From assembly GCA_950097015.1 (NCBI GenBank), contig CATNEN010000024.1, positions 3,472,001 to 3,536,000 of the forward strand: DNA of 64,000 nt. The letters are read 5' to 3'. The stretch is from Macrostomum hystrix. Taxonomy: Eukaryota; Animalia; Platyhelminthes. Within the stretch, counting starts at the first letter, position 1. Each line of letters opens with the position of its first letter. The notes under the pieces were generated by a model. It searched no databases and was not told the DNA's origin. It worked only from the letters and a program-made list of their open reading frames with translations. The position numbers and the translations under genes are program-made. Shown here in pieces: positions 13,301-25,300 of the stretch.

Positions 13301-16300
13301 TGATACAAGTTAAAGAGGACTGTGTTTGAAGAGGTCCAGTTGATACAGATAAAGAGGACTGTGTTTGAAGAGGTCCAGTTGATACAGTTAAAGAGGACTG
13401 TGTTTGAAGAGGTCCAGTTGATACGTTCGAAGAGGTCCAGTTTATACATTCGAAGAGGTCCAGTTTATACCTTCGAAGAGGTCCAGTGAATCATTTCTAA
13501 TGGTATCTAATATTGAAAAAACGTCTCCTATGGGTAAGTAAAAAGGCCGAGAACTAACACTTTGAGCACCAGCGGGTACTGGCTGAAGTGTGACTCGTTC
13601 AGCTGTCTCGGCAGCACCAGTTTGGCGTTCACCTCCAACGGATCGGCGCGCGACATCTGCGTGGTCTTGTCACGCAGTTTGATCTTTCTGAACTCCACCC
13701 TGGGCAGGTTCTTGCCGACCAGTTCAACGTTGAAGTCGTCGTTCATCTCCACCCACATGAACGGTGGGTAGCGCTCTGCCGGTTCAATGAAGGTTCAATG
13801 GAGTTTTTGTCATCCAAAAAAACTGTTATTTGTCACTTCAAAGGCAGAAGACAGCTGAGCGAAAGCTAATGAAATTTTGTAAACTTCAAAGGTCCTTTGA
13901 GGCCCATTCTTCTTGTCTGTTTCAATATATTTCCTGTTGAGTTAGCTGACTTTCTTGGCAACTAGCTCTGGGTTGCCTTCAACTGCTTCTAGACCTATGA
14001 CGTTTGCTTCAAGAAGAGAGACAGAAAATAACTCTCTATTCCGTTCTCTGTAAATTATTTCTTCACTAGTCCCTGCACTCTTCCGCCTTGGCACTCCCTG
14101 CACTCTTCCGCCTTGGCACTCCCTGCACTCTTCCGCCTTGGCACTCCCTGCACTCTTCCGCCTTGGCACTCCCTGCACTCTTCCGCCTTGACACTGCCTG
14201 CACTCTTCCAGTTTTTTAAATTCGTTGAAGCTACGTTAAAAGTTACGTTAAAAGAACAGCAAAAGAACAACGTGAAAAGTTCATATCTCGCTAGTGCAGT
14301 TTTAGCTTTTAATAAATTTTCCTAGAAACTAAGTGTCCCGTCCTTCTTCTTCTAGTGGTCCTTGAATTTACCTTCGTAAGAATTCTTTACAACAAAATAG
14401 GCAAACGGGTTGGGTCCGAGGCACTCTAGCATCAGGTAGGCACTCGATGGGCTGTAGGCGGCTCGGTTGTACTGGCAGCCTGGCATGTGACAGGTGATGC
14501 AGTTGGCAGGTGAGCTATTCTCAACCGCAGCAATCCTGCGGAAGCATTTTTGGGGGGGGGATTAAACTGGAGTAAAGATGAGATTTGCGGTAATCGTTAA
14601 ATGAGGACAAGAAAAAAACACAGGTGAACGACTAGCCTAAGTGCAACCGTTTCTCCGTTCTCTTAATAGTATTGAGGATTATTTCATAAACCTTATAAAA
14701 ATTGTTTAACTTTTTGTAATTGCTGGCAAAAGAAAGGAAGTCGAGAGTTGAGCAGTAGGTTTTTTCAGCCTCTAAAATGTACTTTAATTATGCCTAAGGA
14801 AATTTGGAAGTTAAGTTCACATATTGTTATAAAATCTTCACACTTGAAAGTCATAACCGGATCATTAACCTCTACTAGTACATGAAGCCCGAGCTAGGTA
14901 TTCTGAATTAACGATAATTTCAAGTCAGGCGCATTGAAATTGGCTAGTTTAATTTCCGGGATTGTCCGAAGTGAGTGAACTGTGAAGTGTCCAGGATGTG
15001 GCATGAAATATGGCTGCCAAGTATTATAATTAGAGTCATCTGGTAATATTCCTTCAAAATTCAATATTACTGTTTATATACTGTCGCTCTTAACTTTGTT
15101 ATTTTTCTAATTACAAAGCACATTCAGCAATTCCAGACATTGCTTTTAGTCAGTCAGTCAGTCAGTCAGTCAGTCAGTCAGTCAGTCAGTCAGTCAGTCA
15201 GTCAGTCAGTCAGTCAGTCAGTCAGTCAGTCAGTCAGTCAGTCAGTCAGTCAGTCAGTCAGTCAGTCAGTCAGTCAGTCAGTCAGTCAGTCAGTCAGTCA
15301 GTCAGTCAGTCAGTCAGTCAGTCAGTCAGTCAGTTACCTATGCACATGCATCATAGTCGCGTCCTGGTCGTCATCAGTTTCCCCTCGACAGGACAAAAAG
15401 TGCAGCTGCTTGTTGGCTAAATCGTAATGCAGAATGTCGGCGACGTCATATTTGGCGGGCGTGATCCATGCGATCTGGTTGAAGCCACTCAGCTGAAAGT
15501 GGGGATAGGGGCATTTACAATCGAGTATCAAATTTAGACTTGGAATCCCAAGTGCTTGTCTAAGGGGATTTCGGTCGACGGTTCTACCCTAGCAAGCAAC
15601 AAGCGGTAATGCACTTGAAGGAGAAGGCATAATAGCACAATCCAACTTTGCTTCTGAACTCCGTAGACTCGCTGTCGCGTCTAGAACCGCTGGGAATAAC
15701 AAGTTAGTGCTCGGGTACTGCTTTGTGTATATATGTGTGCATATATATATTGCAAATAGTTACTAGGGTTGCACGAAGAGCCATTGTGTAGGACAGAGAG
15801 ATTCGGCATGTTACACATTCGTTCCTTGTTGGCTAACTACTTACCGACATGTAAAAACTATTTTGTTCAAAACATGAATTTGTTCGGCTAACAATACATG
15901 CGTTGAATAGCAGCTGTTTTCTAAAGCGCTCATTTGAAGCCGGTCGCTCCTTACCCGAAGCGCGGCGATCCGTCTATAGCCGGAGTTGTGCAGCACTGTA
16001 AACAGCCGCCCTGACTGCGGCTCCATCAGCGGCTCCGAGGCTGTCTGCTTGTTGAAATCCATCCAACCTGTTGGCTGACTGCCGCTGAAGAACTAGAGGG
16101 CGGTTGTCAAAGATGAGTATAGGTGCGTGAGCAGCAAATTCTGTAGGAATATTCTTGACAAACTGGAATTTGCCTGTACGATTGTATCAACTTTCTTTCG
16201 AACATTTCCTAAAGCAATTGAATGGTCTTCTTTTCTCTCGAAAAAAATGAAAAAAGATCTCAAAAAAATAATGCCATGGGTTTGGCAAACTCATAACAAT

Positions 16301-19300
16301 TGTTCCAGAGGACTAATGTTACCATTGTCTCATGGATTTCCTTTTGCGCAATGTTTTTTTTGCTTCGTGGAACGGGAATTTTCCTGGCTCCGTCAATTCA
16401 TAGGCCCACGAAATTGCATAGGCCCAGATAATTGAAACTGTCTCAGAAATTTCCTTTTCTCAAACGGTTCCCCCTTGGCTCTGGAATTGAACTTCAACAA
16501 GGTATTCTCCTTGACATACGGATTTCACTTGATTCAGGATCCCCCTGAAGTAGGGATTTCCCATGACTCAGGGATTTTCCCTTGACTCAGGGGTTCACCA
16601 TTAACTAAAGAATTCCCTTCGTCTCAGGGATTCCCCTTTGACTCAGGGATTCCCCTTTGACTGAGGGATTACCCTTCGACTCAGGGATTCCCCTTTGACT
16701 GAGGGATTACCCTTCGACTCAGGGATTCCCCTTTGACTCAGGGATTCACCCTTGTCTTGGGGATTCCCAAGTTACTCAGGGATTCCCCTTTGACTCAAGG
16801 ATTCCCCATGACTCAAGGAGTCACCCTTGACTTAGGGATTCCCAAGTTACTCAGGGATTCCCCTTGACTCAGAAATTTCCTCGACTCGGGAATTTCCCTT
16901 AATTCTCGAATTATTCTAGAAATGTTAGGATTGTTAGAAATACTTATTTTCTCATGTATTTCTTATGAATTAGCTCCTCGGAAATCTCACCAGCTTGCAT
17001 GGAGATGTGACAGCATTAGGCGCAGTATTGCACACAGCCAGATAGCCGCTATCCTGATTGCGATTCACCCAACCAACAATCAGCTGATTGGAGTCGAACC
17101 AGCGCACCAGGGTCACATAGTGCTCAGCTGGCACAGCGCCTGGTGGACTGAGTTTAACCGTTGTACGGCTGGTGATATCATAGACTAGCAGAGCCACCTG
17201 CGTCAGGGGTGTCACGGCGCCCGCCTTCGGATATCGAATGCTGCGCTGCTGGAGGTACATGTTGGACGGACTGCCGTACCAGGGCATGTCGTAGGCCTGC
17301 ACTAGGGAGTCGTTGAACGTCAGGTAGGCGATGCGCGAATTGCCCGGCGACACCCAGAGTGCCTCGCTGCTCTCCAGGATTTCCTCTGTTCCAATGCGGG
17401 CAGATTGTGTTTGCGGGGCCGATGTGACACTGGGAATACCAAGCTAGTTTTCTGTCAGTTCCCTGCTCCCCACACTCTTCAGCTCTACTCCTTACACTCT
17501 TCCGCCCCTACTCCCAACAGTCTTTCGCTCCTACTCCCTACACTCTTCCGCTCCCTACTCCCTGCACTCTTCCGCTCCCTACTCCCTACACTCTTCCGCT
17601 CCCTACTCCCTGCACTCTTCCGCTCCCTACTCCCTGCACTCTTCCGCTCCCTACTCCCTGCACTCTTCCGCTCCCTACTCCCTGCACTCTTCCGCTCCCT
17701 ACTCCCTACACTCTTCCGCTCCCTACTCTCTACTCTCTTCCGCCCCTACTCCTTACACTCTTCCGCCCCTGCTCCCTACACTCTTCCGCCCCTACTCCCT
17801 ACACTCTTCCGCTCCCTACTCCCTACACTCTTCCGCTCCCTACTCCCTACACTCTTCCGCTACCTTCATAGACCCAGTTGCAGGTGCCGACAGTGACTCC
17901 CGGATCACTAGAACTGTTTGTGATCTTTACTGCCGGCCTTTCGAACGGCTTGTCAGAGTAATAAATGTTGTTCTCGTACACAAATGCCTACGGTGTGCGT
18001 GAGGCGAAAAATGATAATTTAGGCTAATTAGTTGACAAGGCGAAGAAAATAATAAGATGCCATAGAATTGAGTGAAACAGAAAAAAGTGGCAGAGGAGAG
18101 GGCGGAGGCAGAGGAGAGGGCGGAGGCAGAGGAGTGGGCGGAGGCAGAGGAGAGGGCGGAGGCAGAGGAGTGGGCGGAGGCAGAGGAGTGGGCGGAGGCA
18201 GAGGAGAGGGCGGAGGCAGAGGAGTGGGCGGAGGCAGAGGAGTGGGCGGAGGCAGAGGAGTGGGCGGAGGCAGAGGAGTGGGCGGAGGCAGAGGAGTGGG
18301 CGGAGGCAGAGGAGTGGGCGGAGGCAGAGGAGTGGGCGGAGGCAGAGGAGTGGGCGGAGGCAGAGGAGTGGGCGGAGGCAGAGGAGTGGGCGGAGGCAGA
18401 GGAGTGGGCGGAGGCAGAGGAGTGGGCGGAGGCAGAGGAGAGGGCGGAGGCAGAGGAGTGGGCGGAGGCAGAGGAGTGGGCGGAGGCAGAGGAGAGGGCG
18501 GAGGCAGCAACCTCATCAACTCACTACAAAGGCGCTCTCGGAGCCCCACTGAACGGCGCGCAGTCTAGCCGGGCTGGCATCGCAGTTGCCCTCCGGGCAG
18601 AGACTCTTCTCAACAATGCGCCTGCGAGAAGGCGGGAGAGATGAGGGAGGGATTGGCTCGTAATTCCCTATATTGGTTCTGCGGCACGTTTGACAGAAAA
18701 TATTTTCGATATTCCGTTTTCAACTCGCATTTTAGAAAACATGGCAGAAAGACTGATAAGGGGATAAGAAATGGAAATCCAGCTAGAATTTCAGATCTCA
18801 CCCTCCTGCTGTCTTGGGCAGAGCCACCAGTTTGTAGTAGGCGCTGGATGAGTGCCGGTAAATCTAAAATATCGCCAGCAACAGTTGCAACAACTATGGC
18901 ACATTCTCGTAGCTTTGTTAAATATTCTCTACTTTATCTACCTCTCCGCTATACATATCTAATACCCGTCCATTAGCTTGTATGTTATGCTAGCACTTAA
19001 TCAACTCGCTGAATAGTTTTCTCCCTGCTCCATAAAATCCGCAAAAAGCACCAAATTGGAGTTTTTGTAGCATTTAAAGCTAACCTTTTCCGGGCTGCTT
19101 TGAATTAGCAGATTCTGACAGTCACTAGAGGCGACAAAGTATCCAATGCTGCCCTGGAAGGAATTCGCACAGACAGCTTTAAGTAAAAGTTTCTGCCAAA
19201 TAACATCAATCAAATCGAAATAAATCATTACCTCGCTAAACTGGTCCTTAGAGAGCAGTCTTGAGATCGATTTGTTATGTGGATTCAAACTGGCTTGCAT

Positions 19301-22300
19301 TATGTCGCCAGAGGTGGCATTTAAATATAGCAGAACGTCTGCGGTAGAATGTGTGTTTTGTTAGATTTTTTTCTTGTCTTGCTGCTGATGCACGATGCAA
19401 AACATTGTCGTCCCTCACTCCGTCAACCACCTCACATCCCTTCTTCCGATTGGCAGTTGAATATTTCTCTACCCTAGCGGAAAACTTTCGCCACAAAAAT
19501 GTATATCGTCCCCCCACTACGCTGACCACCTCACTCCACATCATCCTACTGGCTCGTGAAAGTTAATTCTCTACCCCAGCTGAAAACTTTCCGTCAACCA
19601 CCCCACTCCCCATCATCCCACTCGCTCGTGAATGTTAATTTTCTACCGCAGCTGAAAACTTTTGCCAAAAATGTATACTCGTATCGTCTCCCGCTACGCC
19701 AACCACCTCACTCCAGATCTTCCAACTGGCTCGTGAACGTTAATTCTCTACCCCAGCTTAAAACTTTCCGTCAACCACCTCACATCCCTTCTTCCGATTG
19801 GCAGTTGAATATTTCTCTACCCTAGCGGAAAACTTTAGCCACACAAATGTATATCGTCCCCCCACTACGCCAACCACCTCACTCCCCATCATCCTACTGG
19901 CTGGTGAATGTTAATTCTCTACCCCAGCTAAAAACTTTTGCCACAAAAATATATCGTCCCTTAATCCGCTAACCACCTCACTCCCATCATCTTACTGGCT
20001 GCTGAATGTTAATTCTCTACCCCAGCAGAAAATTTCGCGAATGTTATTTCATGAACCACTGTAGCTTTAATCTCACGCCATTAATACCCATCCGCCCTTT
20101 TTAGGTCCCTACCTGCTTTGTTGCAGCTAAGCCACTGGTAACGTAACTGCCTCAGTTTCTTCATTATCGACATCGACTCAGTGAAGGTGAGCGGTTCTCC
20201 AAGGTGCAGTTCATTGTTTCCTGCAAATGCAACGCTCCAAAATTTAAATTTAGCAATATTGAGTGTTAATTTACTAAGTGTTTTTTCTGTTTTATGATCA
20301 TTTCTACAAATTGATTTTTAACAGTAAATGTGTATCGGGGTATGTGGAATACAGAGAAACAAAATTGGAATACATTATCAGATACACTTGTACGAGTACG
20401 AGCTAAATAAGTTTACTAGTGATGCTAAAAAATAGACAAAAATAGAATGCGGTAATTGATTTCATTGTTACTATGCGGCGCATTAACAATAGAAAGACCA
20501 CGCTATTTCCCCCCCCTGGGGCTCATGGCGATTGGTTGAATCGCATTTTAGGAGATACACAAAATAGAAAATGTTGGTATTTGAAATAGCCCCCCTGTGG
20601 ACTTTCTAATGTTAAATAGCATAGCTATCGCTGGCAACTGGCTGGCAGGCAGAACTGAAGTACTAGATCAGGGGTCGGCAAACTCCGGCCCGCGGGCCAG
20701 ATGCGGCCCTCGAAGCTCCCAAATCCGGCCCTTTGCCCCTTCTGACATCTACAGTGTCCTGTTTCATCTCTCTCGTGTCTAATCACTCCCGTGTCTAATC
20801 TCTCCCGTGTCTAATCTCTCCCGTGTCTAATCTCTCCCGTGTCTAATCTCTCCCGTGTCTAATCTCTCTCGTGTCTAATCTCTCTCGTGTCTAATCTCTC
20901 TCGTGTCTAATCTCTCCCGTGTCTAATCTCTCCCGTGTCTAATCTCTCTTGTGTCTAATCTCTCCCGTGTCTAATCTCTCCCGTATCTAATCTCTCCCGT
21001 GTCTAATCTCTTACCTGTCTTATCTCTCCCGTGTCTCATCTCTCTCGTGTCCCATCTTTCCTGTGTCTCATCTCTTACGTGTCTCATCTCTCCCCTATCT
21101 CATACTTATACAGTCAATGCGGCCCGCTGTCGTCTTTTGGGCTCTCTCTTTGGCCCGCCAGCAAATAAGTTTGCCTACCCCTGTACTAGTAGAACTAACA
21201 GTAGAACTACCAAGGGGGGGGGAAATTTCCCCCCCCCTGACAATTTTTTTTGCTGCACCCGAACGGAACAATGCAAGCACACGAAACTCAAGAACACGGG
21301 CCAACTTTTTGTTGCGCATCTTCTGAAGCAAGAAACAAGTCGCCAGCCCTTCAGACCGTCGAGATATTCAATGTTTCTGGCCGAAGGTCCGATTTTTCCC
21401 ATAAGAGCTAGTGTATTTCATACACCCCTATACACGAATTTGCACTGCGCCTCAGTGCCGCCTTGCCAGGCCTTCAAACTTTATCAGCATGTCACCCGAG
21501 TGTGCCTGCATCATCTCCGTCTTCGGTGGTCACCTACCTTTATATAGAGTCTAGACAGACTGCTGGACCTTCAAGGGCTACAGCAGGTGGAACTAAGCTA
21601 CTATGGTCACCCTGAAGCGAATTTCTCAAATTTCAATGCTCAAGCCAAAATATTAGGCGCAGCTCAACCACAGGACACCATCGCCTAGTCTGTCAACCAA
21701 TCAGTCACCACCCAACGCTGTTAGCATTCGGGCGCTGCCAAAAAAATTGTCAGGGGGAGAAACGGGCGGCAAAATGGCTTGGTAGTCCTACTGCTAAGTG
21801 TCTTGCTTCATGACCCAAATTAATTGTCTCCATCTGGGATGAGATTCGAACTCTCGACCTCGGTCAGATTTCCGAAGCCCTTAACCAGTGGGCTACAATT
21901 TCTCCGGTCGGGCTAGATAGATCTACTGTAACTGTGGATGTACTACAGTAGTACAATCTCATTGTGCGACAATTGCAGATAAGCAAACAAATGATCTTCA
22001 AGAACAAAGGTACAGTGCAGCTGGATATAATATACGAAGTTACAAGCAAGTTACTCTGTGTGTTTAGCCTGGGTTTGTGCTATCCTGTTGAATATAAAGG
22101 CAGAAAACGATATCTCGTAACTAGCAATAATTTGGACAAAGAAAAACAGGATTTTGTGTGTGTGTGTGTGTGCTTGTGTGTTTGCATATACATGGGTAAG
22201 CCTGATTAAGCGCAAAATTCACACATCGTTTTCTCAAAAGTTGTAAAAAAATGCACAATTACATTTGCCCTAATGCTAGTGACAAAATACACGCAGGTTC

Positions 22301-25300
22301 TGAACGAATCGCTTTAAATTTTTGCTTGCTTTGTGCTTAAAATGTGCACATTCAGTTCGGCTTTTAAACCTTTGGTCACCAATATATCCAATATCCAATA
22401 TACATAGGCTTATACCAGTCAGCAGAAAGGGGAGAAAAAGGAGTAAGCCAAGCTTCTTGATGTCTTTCAGCTGCAGGTGTTTTTTGCTGCCCATCCCCCC
22501 TGCAGCGTGTCCCCTTTCTTCCCTCTTTCTTCCCCCAAACATTTTTCTCTTTGCCAAAACTGCTGCTTCTAAAAGATAAAAATGGTGTATTTCGTGACGC
22601 TGCTAGGTCGTCAAACATAATGATTCTAACTAGTGCAGCTATTTCGTGTCCATTTGTAAATGTGTTTGTCACAGAATTTTAGCAATTACAGCTGTTGAAG
22701 AACCGAAAATAAGCTTTCTCAAAGAACGTGTCTGATTAAAAAAATTTAAGAAACTTGCTTTTGCTTTGTGGATCAGCAAAAACATTCGTCTTTGCTGTTA
22801 GACTAGCCATTTTTTTGTTAGACGAGATATTTGTCTGTTACAAAAAACATTTGTCTGTTACAAAATACATTTGTCTGTTAAAAAAACGTTTGCCTGTTAG
22901 ACAACTTATTTTTCTGTTAGACATGGCATTTTGTCTGTTAGACAGGACATTTGTCTGTTAGACAGGGCATTTTGTCTGTTAGACAAAGCATTTGTCTGTT
23001 AGACAGGGCATTTTGTCTGTTAGACAAAGCATTTGTCTGTTAGACAGAGCATTTGTCTGTTAGACAGGTCATTTGTCTGTTAGACATGGCATTTGTCTAT
23101 TAGACAGGGCATTTGTCTGTTAGACATGGCATTTTGTCTGTTAGACATGGCATTTGTCTATTAGACATGGCATTTTGTCTGTTAGACAGGGAAATTTGTC
23201 TATTAGACATGGCATTTGTCTATTAGACAGGGCATTTGTCTATTAGACATGGCATTTGTCTGTTAGACATGGCATTTTGTCTGTTAGACAGTAAATTTGT
23301 CTGTTAGACAGGGCATTTGTCTGTTAGATCTCCCCTGCCTAGATAAGGTCACCCTGATGCAAGACATTTTTTATGTTAAGACACTAACATTTTTTAATTT
23401 GGGTTTCGATAGGAATACAACAAGGGTCAGGGAGTCGCATAGACAAGCAGAAGTGGGGATTCAATTTTAGCCGCATACAAATGTATAAAACAAACAATAA
23501 AACAAAAGCTATAACTGGGGCTCAGTAACTATAACAAATGATAATCAAATTTATGCGAAAGTGTGCTAAATATCTACACAAATCGAGCTGTTCCGCTTAC
23601 CAAACAGATCTGTTCGAGGAAAAAACGAAAAATAGAAAATAAAATAGCAAGCATTAGTATAATTTCAGCTAGATAATAAATTACCACGTGGTTACTACGC
23701 ACAAAAAGTGATGCTCAACTGCCATTTACCTATCGGCTGAATTAAGCTAAGTGAATAAGAAAACATTTTCACCTATTAGACTAGACATTCACCCATTTGA
23801 GTCGGCATTCACTCATTTGATCATGCATTCACCCATTTGATCATGCATTCACCCATTTGATCATGCATTCACCCATTTGATCATGCATTCACTCATTTGA
23901 TCATGCATTCACCCATTTGATCATGCATTCACCCATCTGATCATGCATTCACCCATTTGATCATGCATTCACCCATTTGAGTCGGCATTCACCAATTTGA
24001 GTGGCCATTTACCCATTTGAGTCGGCATTCACCCATTTGATCATGCATTCACCAATTTAAGTCGGCATTCACCCATTTGAGTCGGCATTCACCCATTTGA
24101 GTCGGCATTCACCCATTTGAGTCGGCATTCACCCATTTGAGTCGGCATTCACCCATTTGAGTCGACATTCACCCATTTGAGTCGGCATTCACCCATTTGA
24201 GTCGACATTTACCAATTTGAGTGGGAATTCACCCATTTAATCGGGTATTAACCCATCTGATCGGGCATTCACCCATTTGATCATACATGCACCCATTTGA
24301 GTCGGCATTCACCCATTTGAGTCGGCATTCACCCATTTGAGTCGGCATTCACCCATTTGAGTCGGCATTCACCCATTTGAGTCGGCATTCACCCATTTGA
24401 GTCGGCATTCACCCATTTGAGTCGACATTTACCAATTTGAGTGGGAATTCACCCATTTAATCGGGTATTAACCCATCTGATCGGGCATTCACCCATTTGA
24501 TCATACATGCACCCATTTGATCATACATGCACCCATTTGATCATGCATTCACCCATTTGAGTCGGCATTCACCCATTTGAGTCGGCATTCACCCATTTGA
24601 TCATGCATTCACCCATTTGAGTCGGCATTCACCCATTTGAGTCGGCATTCACCCATTTGATCATGCATTCACCAATTTAAGTCGGCATTCACCCATTTGA
24701 GTCGGCATTCACCCATTTGAGTCGGCATTCACCCATTTGAGTCGGCATTCACCCATTTGAGTCGGCATTCACCCATTTGAGTCGACATTTACCAATTTGA
24801 GTGGGAATTCACCCATTTAATCGGGTATTAACCCATCTGATCGGGCATTCACCCATTTGATCATACATGCACCCATTTGAGTCGGCATTCACCCATTTGA
24901 TCATGCATTCACCCATTTGATCATACATTCACCCAATTGATCATACATTCACCCATTTGATCATACATTCACCCAATTGATCATACATTCACCCATTTGA
25001 TCATACATTCACCCATTTGATCATACATTCACCCATCTGATCATACATTCACCCATTTGATCATACATTCACCCAATTGATCATACATTCACCCATCTGA
25101 TCATACATTCACCCATTTGATCATACATTCACCCAATTGATCATACATTCACCCATTTGATCATACATTCACCCATTTGATCATACATTCACCCATCTGA
25201 TCATACATTCACCAATTTGATCATACATTCACCCAATTGATCATACATTCACCCATCTGATCATACATTCACCCATCTGATCATACATTCACCCATTTGA

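Noticed and set aside
18068-18644. Gly-rich, (AEAEEW)n and Pro-rich ORFs
   Set aside because: Three frames of an 18-bp intronic minisatellite.
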